DNA of 64,000 nucleotides from Oculina patagonica (Eukaryota): NCBI RefSeq assembly GCF_052425735.1, contig NC_135759.1, positions 30,070,001 to 30,134,000 of the forward strand, read 5' to 3'. Shown piece by piece: positions 1 to 13,207 of this stretch (position 1 is its first letter; each line of letters starts with the position of its first letter). The notes under the pieces were generated by a model. It saw only the letters and a program-made list of their open reading frames with translations, ran no database searches and was not told where the DNA came from. The position numbers and the translations under genes were made by a program.

Positions 1-102
1 GTACAAGTAATTCAAATCAGACGTGACTTGATCTTCACTGCTGCCAACTGGTTCGAGTGCTATATTTTTCAAGCAATAAATTATTAACATGTTAGACTCA
101 GA

Positions 103-108
103 TATAAA
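103..108 (+). promoter_or_regulatory. Candidate TATA box of Dkk-A
   Basis: TATAAA ~35 nt upstream of the ATG at 142; position only. Confidence 0.3.
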
Positions 109-141
109 GGAGATTTGCTTTGGTTACGAGAATGGCTTAAA

Positions 142-2754
142 ATGTTTTTGAAAATAAGGCTTGTTGTTTTATCTATAGAACTCTTCTTTACGGTTTCAGC
201 TTACGGTGGAACGAAAAATATAACAATTCCAACAGAACAAGAGATTATGGATACATCAGGAAATAAACGGGTAAGACACCAAAACTTATTGCTCATTCTA
301 GCTTCGTACGCCGTCTTTAAATGATCATAAATAATCTTCCGAATATAATTATGAGATAAATATATCTAGGTTGCTATAAAGTGTATGGTAGACAGACTTG
401 GGCCAGAGCTCAAACGTTAAGTCTTAAAATTGTTGTCATCATTCATATCAGCCGGAACAGTCCAAACCCTATTAAACTACAAACGTTAAAGCTGGTACCG
501 ACTCGAAGAGGAAATAGTCCGTTGTAGAAGTCGCCCGATGTCCTCGTCATATCCAGAAACTCTTAAGTAAAGGTTTGATCCCAAACAAATACTTAGCAAA
601 CAACCTTCATAAGTTTTTCCTTGAATTCCATTGCCTATATCGCGCTCTCTGGGCAAATGTTCCTTAGCGTCCACTTCTGGCGCTCTTACTAACAGTAATT
701 CATAACTGAAAATACAGTCCAAAGCCATTAATACATGAGTACACATAGAGTATAACAAATTAAATGAAAAGCACTGACGGATAAAGACTTTTCTTCTCTT
801 TTCCTACAATAGCAATTCATTTCCAACATGCATATGTCTCCATGGCAATACCGCGCATTGGTCGAGGCAGGGACGGAGGAATGTAATGTCAACAAAGACT
901 GTCCAGCCGGGAGATTTTGTGACGTTCATACATGTAGGGCGTGCTTGCATGCTGGAGCGTCTTGTCATTACATTGGTAAGAAGAGACTCAATCGCAATCT
1001 TAGTAATCTTTATCTTGGCTCTATTTGCACTCAATAGAAAATTGATATGTTTTCAGAAATACTGACCTGGCATCAAAATTTTCCCTTCCCGCTCTTAAAA
1101 AACCATCATTGTTAAATTGCAGCGGTTAGAAGAACCAGTAATCTCGTCTAGCAACTGGTTTTCGCCTGGTGTTCAAATTGTTTGTTTGTTGGTCGTTCGG
1201 TCGGTCGGCTAGTTCCTTTATTGATTCGTTTGTTCGATCAATCGATCTTTCGATAGGCGAATTTCAAATTTGAATTTCTTTTTTTTTTTTTTGCACCATA
1301 CCCAGTATCAAAGCAGTCCCTTATGGTAATTTTAATGATGTTATAACAGCCTATTGAGGCCCATAAGACTAAAACAGGAAGGGACCCCAAACGATAATGC
1401 TGATATTCATAGGTCTGATCAGCCAAAAGAAATGAAATAACAAACAAGACTGCAAGGCTAATCAAACTACGTGATAAGTAGACTTTGAGAGACATCAACA
1501 CGACTAGAACTAATACAGCAGGATTGCTGTCCACGGTTGCAATCCTGCTGTATCGGTTCTAGTCGTGTTGGTGTCTCGCAAAGTTTACTTTTCACGTAGT
1601 ATGATAAGCCTTGTAGTCTTGTTTATTGAGCCCATATGTTTTCAAAATTAAAGGAACCTGCTGCGAGGGATACGTCTGTCAATACGGCCACTGTACCAAG
1701 GGAGTAGAGCAAGGTGAGCCTGGTACGTACTGCGATAGGACTTCGGACTGCCTCGGCAAGGAATCGTGTTGTGTTCGGGAAATTTCCGTCAATCCACACA
1801 CATCTGTGTGCAAGCCAATGCTAAACGAGTTTGAGTCGTGCGGCCCAATCAATTTATTTCATCACGTTTATGAAGGTGGTATGGTGGAACCCGATTGTGG
1901 GCCATGTAAAGTCGGGCTCCAGTGTAAGAACGTTGGGTAAGTTTGTTTTTGTTTTTTTCTTTGTCTACTTGCTTTGTTGTGTTATTTATTTTTGGCAAAA
2001 AATCTTTTTAGAAAGCGTCATACTCTCCAAGGAAGATATTTAACATCAGGTTTTAACGGTATTACGACAAAGATAACTCCAGCATTAATGAAGCATGTGA
2101 ACTAAAACGTGTACTAACACAGATTTGTCACTGAGGTCAGACCTGCAGATTTGTTGTCATTAGCATGGATGTCAGGCATGTGACAAAAAAAATCGACGAT
2201 CCCGACGGGGAAGTCAAATCTATGACCTTCCCCACACCGGTAGAGGGCTCTAACCACTGAGCTACTACAGGGAAACTTGCCGGTGGCGATCGAGATAGAC
2301 CATTCTAGGTTCATATAGACAAATGAAATGGGGTAACACGCGCCCTGTACACTGCTGGGATCGGCAATGTCGACAGCGTCGTGTGTGTGGATATGATGAG
2401 GAAAAATATTTTGTTTCTTAGTTAAATGTTTACAAATTGGTATTTTTTCGTTTTTCCACACTGTACAAGGGCAAATCACCATGTAATGTGGATAAACAAA
2501 TTATTCTTTTTTAGTTTTATTTTTGTAAGAGCGTTAACAATAACAAATTAAAACAATTTTGTACTTCAGTGGCATCTTATAAGCAAAAACAGCATTTGGA
2601 TAAACAGTTTTCCTATTGACAATGGTGCATTCGGCATTAGCCATTTTCAATAGTTATTTTATACATATCTTATACTGTAATCAAACTTTCTTTTCTTCTT
2701 TGTTGTAGAACAAAAGGCCTCCATTTCATTTGTCTAAAGGAAGAGGAAGACTGA
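142..2754 (+). CDS. DKK3-like: Dickkopf-related secreted protein (Dkk-A), 4 exons, ~206 aa
   Basis: Exons 142-270, 813-975, 1654-1936, 2709-2754 with canonical GT-AG sites and phases 0/1/2 that join in frame. Signal peptide MFLKIRLVVLSIELFFTVSA. CRD1 has 10 Cys (CNVNKDC...CC...CQYGHC), followed by a GEPG linker and a colipase-fold CRD2 with 10 Cys, ending HFICLKEEED*. Confidence 0.88.
1442..1624. repeat. Inverted repeat / hairpin, 86-bp arms, 11-nt loop, in Dkk-A intron 2
   Basis: 1442-1527 is the reverse complement of 1539-1624 with no indels and about 9 mismatches. Confidence 0.9.
2165..2385 (-). repeat. Degenerate tRNA-like / SINE-related repeat fragment
   Basis: The minus strand reads gtagctcagtggttagag (A-box-like) followed by a decayed B-box. 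It resembles a common coral interspersed repeat (from memory). Confidence 0.4.
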
Positions 2755-3862
2755 GGAGTGATAAAACAAATTCATGAGATCTCAACAGACTGAGAAAGTT
2801 AGCTGTAAAAAGCTGAGTTGACGATGACATAAAGTTATCAATAACTGATCGACTGAACAATTAGTGTGTGAAGCGAGCTATTGATAAAAAACTGCTAAAA
2901 AAAGACAATTTATCGGCAGGAAAACAGTTTTACTTTTCAAAAGGAAAACTATGTTCGTTGCCGAGAGAAAAACGTTGTTGACAACCACATTCTTCGTTAA
3001 ATAATAAAGTAATACCATAACACAGTTGGTTGTTGCCAGGACTTTGAGATGGGCAGCAAATGCTATTTCAGCGATAACTTTGGTCTCTAATTTGTGGGAA
3101 AAATACTATATCAAGTTAAATCACAAACCGTCACGCGTCAATCCACAAACCAACTGTTTGATACGAAAAACGCCAAAATTTCGCATAAAACATCCTCCAA
3201 TCAGTGACAAGAGCCTTCATTTAATGTGAAGATAAAGCGGAAGGCGAATAAACCATCAGTCATTCAAAATGTAATGTACCCTTGCACCTCTGCCGTCAGC
3301 AAGAAAAAACGCGGATATAGTGTTTTTCGGAGCAGGCCTGGGTTGATTGTTAAGCGTGGATTGTTGTCAATACTCCGTAAAAATGTCGGAGGCTGCTAGC
3401 TGTGGGAGTTACTATAGTTGTATTGACGGTTCAAATAGTAACATTTTATCGGTGGGTGTTGAGATTTTCAGCCAGAGGTCCAACCTCTACACCCATTGAG
3501 AGTTCTTCTCCATTGCCGTTTCCTTCACGGTTACAATGTACACCACTGAACTCTTGGTCAACTAGTGGGGCTCAGCTCCTAAAATGACAACCAAGTTATC
3601 TGGGCTGGAACGTTTTGTTTTGATTATTGTCTGAAAAGGATTGTGTTCCGACAGCCGAAGGAGAAATCAAACCGTATCTATGTAAAAAGGAAACGATAAA
3701 CTCTAAATTATTTGACAATTTTTGGCATGCCAATGTTTCCGGCGCCTGACAGACATATCTTACTGAACCTCTCTCCTACGATGGGCTGGGAAATGGGAAG
3801 AGGTGAAAAGTAAGCGCGCGGAGCCTGAGTAGGGAATCGAAACGAAAGAGCGCAGGGGAGCT

Positions 3863-4040
3863 ACTGAACCAAGCACGAGGACCGTACTGGGAGAATATAG
3901 GTCCCAGGTCTTGACATAGCCTGCGTGGCCGGCGTTCAAAGGGGAAGGAGAAAGGGATTTTGAGCGCGAAGCGCGAGGAACAACCGATATTCTCCTAGAA
4001 TGGCCCCAAGCAAGCTTTTTTAATAAGAGATTTATTACAC
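3863..4040. mobile_element. Degenerate non-autonomous repeat fragment
   Basis: Imperfect inverted segments gtactgggagaatat...atattctcctagaatgg flank an interrupted core; resembles anthozoan repeats. Confidence 0.3.
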
Positions 4041-4996
4041 GTCTTTATAACTGTAAAACAGCTGTTAAAACTTTAACCGGGGCCGGCAATAAGGCACTCT
4101 GATTGGTTGAGTAATATTTTAGTTATTGACCCTATCAGTACACATAACTCTTTTGTTGCTTCTTTATTGTTTATAATGCATCAAAATCAATTACAAATAT
4201 AATTATTTTTTCTTATACTTCCTTGAATTACCATTTTTCACGGCAAAAAGTTGATCCGACATTGAGAAAGAAAAAATTTTTGTGAAATATTGGGTTTTAT
4301 GTTTGGTAAATTCCGCAGGATTTAAATTAAAATAAAGAAAGAATGTTTTACAAAAAAAGTTTTTCCCAAACTTTATTTTGGGCAATTTTAATAAACGATA
4401 ACTAATCTGGTTCCTTTCCAAAAACATGAGAGAAATTTTGTCACAAATTATCAACTTCTTGACCGTGCAATTTTTGCCTCTTTGTTACCGTTACAAACAA
4501 ATTACTGAAGAATTTTAAATTTAAACTATGAGCGTTAGGTTTTAAAAGCAAAGCTCCAGAACAACCTTTTAGGCACGTACGCAAATTTCGTGAACGCCGA
4601 ATATCCTGCAAATGTAAAAAATAAAAATAAAGAAAGGTTAAAACAAGATAAACAAGAATAAGAAATTGAAGCGATAGGAATGAGATGGACTCGACGCAAA
4701 GAGCTAAGACTGCGTAATAAAGCTATTATTGAATAGTAGTGTTCCGAGATAAGGCAGTTTTGTCTGGCTTGCAAGCTTGTTATATGGAAACCATTTCCAT
4801 TGAGAATGATAAAGTGAGTCGGATTAACGTATTTGCAATAAAATCTTCTTCCATTTTGATTAAGTTACTTATGATAAATAACCTACATATATTAATCAGG
4901 CCAACAGGGGAGTCACGTTTGCACGGCTGGCTGTTTCCCAACTGGAGAGTTCTAGAGTCTTTTTTGTATATCTTCCTTCCCAAGATTTAGAAAAAA

Positions 4997-5249
4997 TATA
5001 TATTAAGAGGAAGCCACATCAGCTCTAGTTGATTTTCATGTGGGTGTCTATCCAGGTCGAATTGGAATTTAGAAATGTTGGTTTTCAGGAGGGAGGAAAA
5101 CCGGCGAACGGGGAGAAAAACCCTCGGAGCAAGGCGAGAACCAACAACAAACTGTTACTAAACCCAAATATGGCACCGGGCCGGAATCGAACCCGGGCCA
5201 CATTGGGGGAAGGCGAGCGCTCTCACCGCTGCGCCATCCGTGCTCCCCA
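4997..5249 (-). mobile_element. tRNA-derived SINE (V-domain-like core)
   Basis: Minus strand has A-box tggcgcagcgg and B-box ggttcgattcc, then gggtttttctcc...ccggttttcctccc (V-SINE-like core, recalled) and an AT-rich tail. Confidence 0.75.
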
Positions 5250-5295
5250 GTGCATGTGATATCTGTTTTAGAAAAATAATTATAGTCCGACTTAC

Positions 5296-8152
5296 CCAAC
5301 TTGCTTGCAAACAAGCCCCGGCTTACATGGTCCGCAAACCTCGTCTCCCACGTAGACATTTTTAAAAAAGTTTATTGGACCACAAACCATGTTCTCTCCC
5401 AAGGGAGGCTTACAAATGGATTTGTGGAGGTTCACAGCTGTATCCCTGAAAGGAAAAAAAAAACAAATAAGTAAATGCTCACTTTTGATTCCTCCTTTAA
5501 GAATATATTGGTAACAACATACGCAAATTTCCTTCACAGTTAAGGAGGCTCACAACAGTTCCAGCACATTAAAATTTTCGATAATTTAAGGTGGCTGAAA
5601 CGGCTCCAAAAAGAATCTTTGCAAAAACTGGTTGTACCTTAACATGCTGATCATTATTAAATAATAAAAAAATGGGTGTCACCGGACTCGTTTTTAAAAT
5701 TTTAAATTAGAGGCACTCAAAGCTTAATTTGGGGGGGGTTTGGGGGTTTTTGTTTTTTTGGAAATTTTTGTTTTTTTTTTTTTTTTTTGGGAAAATTTGG
5801 ACCCAAAAAGCTAGAAAGTATTGAAAACTGCTTTGCGCCTTCTTAAATCCAAGCTTGAAATGCCGGGTTTTAAAAACATCAAATAGCACGATTTAAAATC
5901 ATTTTTACATTGACGATTTCCTGGTTGGACAAGACCTTGTCAGCCCTGATCACGCATGCGGCATGATTACCCACCATTAAGTCAGCGTGTTTGTACCTAT
6001 TATAAATTAATGACGGTTTATTATAGTTTGTTTTTTGGTGGGGGGTGTCAACAGCCAAAAATGATTAAGTGAATGAAAATGCGTGTAACTAATTGGCTGT
6101 GCACTTGCGTTATTAACGTTTGACGTGATTGGCCAGCCCTTATTTGGGCTTCGGTGGTTTACTAGAATCCGAATAGTACAGTGCTGATTTGAAAAGAACC
6201 AAGAAGCCATTGGCACGTACCTCACACAACAGCTATCACCCCTGCAATCCCGCTTACGGTTGCAAAATGTTCCAGGTTCTCCCGGAACGGAACTTCTCTT
6301 GCAACGTCCATACGTACACTGACCTCTGCAGCATTGACCTTTGTCATTACATGGGACATTCTCACCGAGGCATTTAACGCAGAGGAAGAAATGACAGTAC
6401 TTCCCTGTGAAATACAAAACCAAATGCTCGTTGATTTAGCTATCTCGCAGAGTTCTTGTATGTTTTTTTCGAGATCCTAGGATTTTTCATTTGAATTCCC
6501 ATAAAACCCTTATTTTTGCGCTCTTTAAAACAACCAAATATAACGACTCGCATAGAATAAGTTAGCACCGGACCTGTGAATTTACGTGTCTATATATCCT
6601 ACCACAAACGGAGTCTTAAATACCTTAAGCAACGTACATGAGACAAAAAAGCTCTTCCGGAGGTATTTGTATCCCCGTATTCATAATCATAGTAATTTTT
6701 TTCGGACAATTCTGTCCAAGGAGGAAAGGTGCAATGACGTTAACCCTATGAGAAGCATTAATCCGTGAAACAAGGCCAGACCACGACACCGGGAACTCTG
6801 TGCCCTACTCTTTGCGATAAGGTTGTGGGTTTTTTAACGTCCCCTGCTGACCATATAACACTGAAGATGGGGGGAGGGGATATCGGTTTTTTTCTTTTTG
6901 GAGGAGATATAATATCTATTTATTTTTTTTTATGTTTTTTTTTTTTTTTTTTGCTGTTGGTCCGGTCTGGGAGTCCAACACGAGACCTGCCGCACAACAG
7001 TCCGGCCCTCTACCAACTGAGCTAGCCGGTCGGCGGTTAAGATCCAAATTTCACGAACCCAACAGCTCTGCTGATCAATTTATCGTTCCTAAAATTAGTT
7101 AGGAAAATAATAGGTAATAGTTAACTATTAGCTTCCATTCAATTCATTTTTCACTCAGTAGATATGACTAATTATAAGCTATTAATATCAGTTCATCATC
7201 TTCTGATACGTGTATATATTCTAAGCACAGTTATACATTTCGATGCATTCAATTAAATAGCCGTTGTTACTTCCTTCAAATATTATGCATGAATCAGCAA
7301 TAAAAGAAAATGCATGCGTACAAACAATAATTCAACTAACCGGAGGGACAAGGTTTGTGTGCGTTGCACTCCTGCTTGTAGTAGCCTGGGGCAAGCCCGC
7401 GCCGATAAGGAACTGCATCTTCATCATTGGGAGATAAGTCAGCCTCAATCACCTCCTGCAAAAAAAAATACGAGATTAACAACAACAACATGTTATACGC
7501 ACGCTCTGGCCCGGAGCATTGTTCAACTTATTAAATGATTCTCGATGTTGTAATACCGTAAAATTCCGGTTATAAGCCCCTCCGCTTATAAGCCCCCTCC
7601 CCCCGGTTATAGGCCCATCACCTGGAAACAAAAAAATTCATCCGATTATAAGCCCTCCCCCCCGGATATAAATCCCCCTCTGCTGGATGACAGTACTGAG
7701 CAGGGCAAATGTTACTTTATTATGCGTTTTTAACTTAAAACGTATTCGATCAACCCCCGTGGCCCGTTTCGGAACGATTTTTTTATTCCGCTTATAAGCC
7801 CTCCCGGATATAAGCCCCTCCACTTATAAGCCCACCCAAAAACCCTTACAAAGTTGTATAAGCCCAGGGCTTATAGCCGGAATTTTACGGTATCTTTTTA
7901 AAGCATACTAAGCACACAAAAAGCCAACATTACACACCAGACCTGAATGTCCAACTTTCTTTCCTTCCTTAATGACTTTTTATCTAGTAATTATAATATG
8001 CTTACTTCATTTGCCATCTCATCATCGTTGAAGACTGTCTCTTCTTTGATTCCAAGCTGCATGTCAGGAACTCCCCTGGAATTGACCACTGGAACCGAAA
8101 GATGGAACAACGCAACGCTGCAAACGATGAACCACGAGTACGAAATCTCCAT
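5296..8152 (-). CDS. DKK3-like: Dickkopf-related secreted protein (Dkk-B); last exon not located
   Basis: Exons 8152-8006 (MEISYSWFIVCSVALFHLSVPVVNS... signal), 7455-7341, 6404-6221, 5445-5296, all GT-AG and in frame. CRD1 has 10 Cys; CRD2 (GEPGTFC...CC...CGPINFF...CGPCKPGLVCKQVG) is clearly paralogous to Dkk-A. The final phase-2 exon lies below 5296 and is unresolved. Confidence 0.85.
6706..7039 (-). mobile_element. tRNA-derived SINE with Deu/Nin-like central domain
   Basis: Minus-strand head ctagctcagttggtagag..., then gggacgttaaaaaaccc...aagagtagggc...ttcccggtgtc (Deu-domain-like, recalled). The middle (6865-6955) is low-complexity. Confidence 0.65.
7556..7890. mobile_element. Tc1/mariner-type MITE (CCGTA TIRs, TA target duplication)
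   Basis: TA|ccgtaaaattccgg ... ccggaattttacgg|TA, with internal repeated ttataagccc motifs. A second copy lies at 43641-43979. Confidence 0.85.
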
Positions 8153-9979
8153 GTTGTTTCACTAAGATGTTTATTCTCCCTGAAAAACCTACAGATCAGA
8201 CAAACGATAATATTGATGAAGCATTGCCATATTGTGGTATGGCCGTTTTCACATTAGAAAGGACAATTGTCTAGAGGGATTTTTTTATTTTGAAAGGTTT
8301 TAAGTATTTATTTTTTTTTTTTGGCCGTGGGATTAGGTGAAAAAAAATAAAAGTTTTCTTCATTGTTGGCCAACCAAGCACATAGAGAAATTATGTCACG
8401 AGTACAAGCTCGGAGAAGAAATAACAAGGAGGAATGAGTAGAGCGCTATTTGAGTTTCACCGGTGGTTTGCATTTCCGAAATTTTAATTCCTTTAGAGTC
8501 AAAATAATTCAAAAAAATAAACTAAAATTAGCTTATACGAAAAAGTAAGAAAAAATGTTGCAGTGTGTTAGGTTTTCTCATGCAAATTTAAAGACATCTT
8601 ATGACAAATCACACAAAGATCAAAGTGGCTTTGAGCCACTGAACTCGGAAAATTAATTATGAAACAAGAATCGAAAACTGCACTGAACTGACAAAAAAAA
8701 GATTTGCCAGGACAAATCATGTTAAACTTTCCACACTTCAGTTCACTTCATTCAGTTCAATACGACCATAAATGAAAAAAATAAGAATTGCCTCAACAAC
8801 TTCGGCGAAAGTTGGCCACGACTTTGTACACAGAACTTATTCATTCAACTCAGTGCGTCAGCACCATGTCAGCTTATCGAGAGCTGGCCGAAAGGCTGTG
8901 TGGTCGAGTCCCCTACCTCGTCCTTTGTCAATTGTTTTATTCCTTTTTTTCCTTTTTGCTTTTTATTATTTTCCAAAGATTGTTTTGAAATTATTTCGCA
9001 ATAAACATCATTTATTGTACCGTAATGCAGAGCCATCTGACAATTTCGAATACAAAATTAAAACGGCATGGCCGAGAAATGATATCATTGCAAAAACTGA
9101 GTTTTGGTTTATTTACAAGAAAACTGATATTAACACAACATTTCGGCTCTATTACAGAGTCATAGTTATTTAATGGTTAGCTGTGTTAATAGTACGTAAT
9201 ATAACAAGAAATGAAGGTTATCGGAGAAAGAGGTCTAATTATCTAGACGCCTTATATCTCTTGCACGCATTGCGTGGCTATGTTAAACAGGAAACGAGTG
9301 AAATTGGTCCTGCTACACTAACTCGGAATTTCCCGATTTCAAAACGAGGTGATACGTTTCATTCAACTAAACATCCATACATATAGGCAACTTAAACGCC
9401 AAAAAACAAAGGTAAAAAGGAAGTGGCTTCAAAGAGCTTTTACGGACATGCAATCCCTTCTCGAAAGCATATTTGTTTGCCACGCGTCTAGAATAATATC
9501 ACATTTTGATTGACAAATAACGATGAGGCAAGAACAGTTTTATATGTTGAACAGTTACCCTCAATATCGATTAAATGTTTTGATTTCATCGTGCTATCTA
9601 GCACTTAGATACTCGACTAAAAGGAAGATATTTTGAACAGTCACGACTCGGTATTTGTTTCTTTATTGCAACGGAATCGCATGAATTACTTTGAAACTTG
9701 CGTGGCTGGTCAGATAAACTAATTTTAAGTTCTACAGAATGTCTGAAGTTGAATTCAGTTTACATCTACATGTTGTTGAGTGTTGTCACTTCATTCTTAG
9801 TACAGCTGTGTCGATCATGAATTTTTATTAAGAGAGAAAATGTGATTTGTTGCACGTACAACCGAACATTTACATGAAAATTACTGAAAATATCCCCGCC
9901 TCTATTTTGCGCTCTCGCAAGCATGACATTAACTGACGCATATACACGCAAGCAATTTTTCTTCAGTTCCGACCTCCTG

Positions 9980-12900
9980 TTCGCCCCACAATACATGGGT
10001 TTACCTCATGGGTATGAGTTTATATTATCGGCGCTAAAAAACAAACTCCGCATTATTGTTGAAGAAACTTTAGTGCGTGGTTGGCATAAACGTCCTTTTA
10101 CTACTGGTAAACTATACAAGCACTATAAACAGCTCTTTTGTATTGGGAATTAAGTTATCAATATCGCGTATTTCAACGATATTTCAGAGATACCTTAATT
10201 TAATACGGAAGATGTTTCTAGCGGTAACTATTCAGTACTTTACAAAAGGAGTAAAAAATCATGCCAATTGAACTGTTTGCTCAGAGCTCCGGCCGATGAT
10301 CATGTTTTTAAGCGTCACTGATCACTCCATCCTGACTAATGTTAAATTTAACAAGATAACTGATGCGATTAACCACAATGTTGCTGAAAGTCGATCGGTA
10401 AATATGTTCCTACTTTGTGAACAAATGAATTCCTTAAGTGGCAAATCCTTACGCTAGCCTTCTATACTTCAAATTTCCTATTCGCCCCAAAATAAATTGG
10501 TTTATCTCGTGGGTATGATGCAAACTAGCGCTGGTAACAAACTCCTCAATATTTTTTAGGCAACTTAATGTGTGGTTGGCATAAATTACTACTAGTAAAC
10601 TGTACAAGCGCTATAAACAGCTCTTTCGTATTGAGTTAACAATATCGTGTAAAAACGTTTTTTTTTTTCAGAGATACCTTAATCTAGAGTGCAAAATGTT
10701 TCTAACGGTAACTGTTCAGTACTTAACAAATGGAGTCGAAGAATCATGACTTTTGAGCTGTTTGCTCAAAGCTTCACCATCAGGCGTGATCAACCCATCC
10801 TAACTTATGCACATTTAAGTTTGAACCAGGCGTGCAAGTCAGCGACCGGTAGAGATGTTCCTACCTTGTGAACAAATGAATTTTTTACACTAGCCCGGCT
10901 GAGATGTGAACCAAAATTGTGTGAAATTGTGCAATAGAATTTACTTGCCAACATTGATTTCCACAATTCAACCTTCTCTATGCAACACCGCAAGTCAGCG
11001 ATCGGTAGAGATGTTCATATCTTGTGAACAAATGAATTCCTTATTAAAGCGGAGTGGCAAAACCTTACACTTGCCTTGATGTGAACTGAAATTGCATGGA
11101 ACTTTACAATAGGATTAAATTTCCAACATTAATTTCCACAATTCTATCTTATCTAAGCAACAGTAATGCTTTAGAATGCGAGACCACACCTTACCTTTCT
11201 CCAGCTAGCTAGGAGTTAACCCGACGCGAGCACCTTCAGAATAACTCCTCCAAAACTCTAAAGAAGATATTTATCATACTGCTCAAACACATGTCGTTAG
11301 CATACTTCACATGTCAAATGTTGACAGTTTGATTGATTGACAGTTAATTAACGTATTTTGTGCCCACTATCTAGCTGTAAACGCGTTCCATATTGCACGT
11401 ATTATTTTCCACGATGTATAGATTTTTATCTGTTTGTTGTTAAGCCACGAGTTTTTTTATATTTTTACTGCATATCAAAATTGCCTTGTTGCTCGAGATT
11501 CTTATTTTACCAAAGTACACTAGCGAGAGTTGTGGCTCGAGCTTCTTCTCTAGGTAGCGATGCGTTTCGTAATTGTGTGTAGCAAGTCCTACCAAGGCTA
11601 GTGACACAAATGATGGAAAAATTCAAAATAAAAAACAAAAAACCGATTTTAGAATGATCCCTGGGATACAGAAATATGATATCATCTAATACCATCCCAA
11701 AAATCCAGGTATATCAAGTCAGGTCAACAAGAGTCAATCACTCAAGCTCAAGTGGAAACTATAACGCCACACGATATCAATATGGTTATTATACCGTTAC
11801 TAAAGGTTTTTAGTTATCAGTTAAGATATTGAGATCGTCAACTGGTATGAAGTTTACTTCACAGCATGCTCCCATAACAATCAAATTCAATCAAAATTAA
11901 AAAGCCAATTTAAATTAGCGACTCTTTCTTCGGAAAATGGCATGAACACACCTTTAATTTTAGAAACTGGCCAAAGGCGGCCAAAAATACAAAGTATTTC
12001 ATATCGTGCAGCTATTGAAGTGCTTGTTCTTCATATATTGGAAATCATCGAGTCTGTTTGTGAATGTTGCATGCTACCCGCAATTTTTTAACGGTTTCCG
12101 CAGATGCAAACACGCACTTTGTAAGACTTCAACAAACGAAATATTTTATGCATGGTATATTGAACGATCGTGTTTTGAAATTTACCCGTTTACTTTTCCT
12201 CCGGCGTAACTTCTTAGCCAGTCAGAAAAAAAAAATAAAACCGCGTTCATAACAGAACATTTAAATTATTGATAATTACTCCAAGTAGATATTCAGCACT
12301 CCGTCAAGCCTCTCCGATCAAGAATTTTGATTAAGAGAGCACATGTGATAAGCTGCACGTATAAGTAAACGTTTACATGGAAATAACAGATAACATCTTC
12401 AAGTCAAGCATAACATTAACGGAACATTAATCAGCAATGCATCAGAGCAACCACCCGGTCATGTCCTCTGGTCGCATAAAGATTCCAAATTCACGGTTTT
12501 AAATCAATCAGCACAAGAAAAAAACTCACAAATATTGTCTAACCAGCTTAGTTTGTGTTTAGTTAGCAAAAACATCGTATCACTTGTACAGGTTAACCGC
12601 CCATACAAGCACTATAAACAGTCCTTTCTTTGTGGCAAAGTTTTCAATATCGAGTATTTGAACTATTTTAGAGATGCTTTTATTCAACGATCTTTTTAAC
12701 GGTTATTGTTACAGCTGCATTTAAAGAAAACGTTTTACCTCAGACACGCCCTGCCATCATGTTTTCCAGCATGATTTCTTCGTGCTAGCTTCTGCTTTAA
12801 TGTTATTCACAATTTTTATGACGAACTTACTAACAACTGTTGAGCAAGTCGCCACCAAGGATGTTAGTCCTGCCTCACGAAAGAATGATTTCCTTTAGTA

Positions 12901-13140
12901 GCAAATTCTTGCTCTGTTTAAGATAATATAGTCAAAAATCACCTGAAATAGAACATTTTAATTTCTTATCTTACCTAAGGAATACTAATTCAATATGCGA
13001 GGCCACACCTTACCCGACGCAAGCACCCCTTCAAAATGACTCATCGATTTTTAACAGAACAGTAAGCATACAGTGCAATTACGTGCCATTTATATTGCAC
13101 ACACAATGACAGTTTGACTTAGAATTAACGCATTCTGTGA
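9980..13140. repeat. Old degenerate local repeats (~500-bp unit, at least 3 copies; ~155-bp sub-repeat)
   Basis: Shared anchors: tacaagc(a/g)ctataaacag at ~10115, ~10603 and ~12604; gtgaacaaatgaatt at ~10417, ~10868 and ~11024; caagtcagcga.cggtagagatgttc at 10835 and 10991; ccacaccttacc at ~11184 and ~13003. Confidence 0.7.
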
Positions 13141-13168
13141 ACAAACATGTTTAGGGTATTTATTTTAA

Positions 13169-13207
<39 letters not shown>

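Noticed and set aside
5720-5800. G/T-rich low-complexity stretch (similar ones at 6865-6955, 13171-13210, 20850-20910, 48270-48436)
   Set aside because: Looks like long-read base-calling noise rather than a biological signal.
8772-9173. 133-aa ORF with hydrophobic stretch
   Set aside because: The hydrophobic part comes from a T-rich tract; no domain or splice support.
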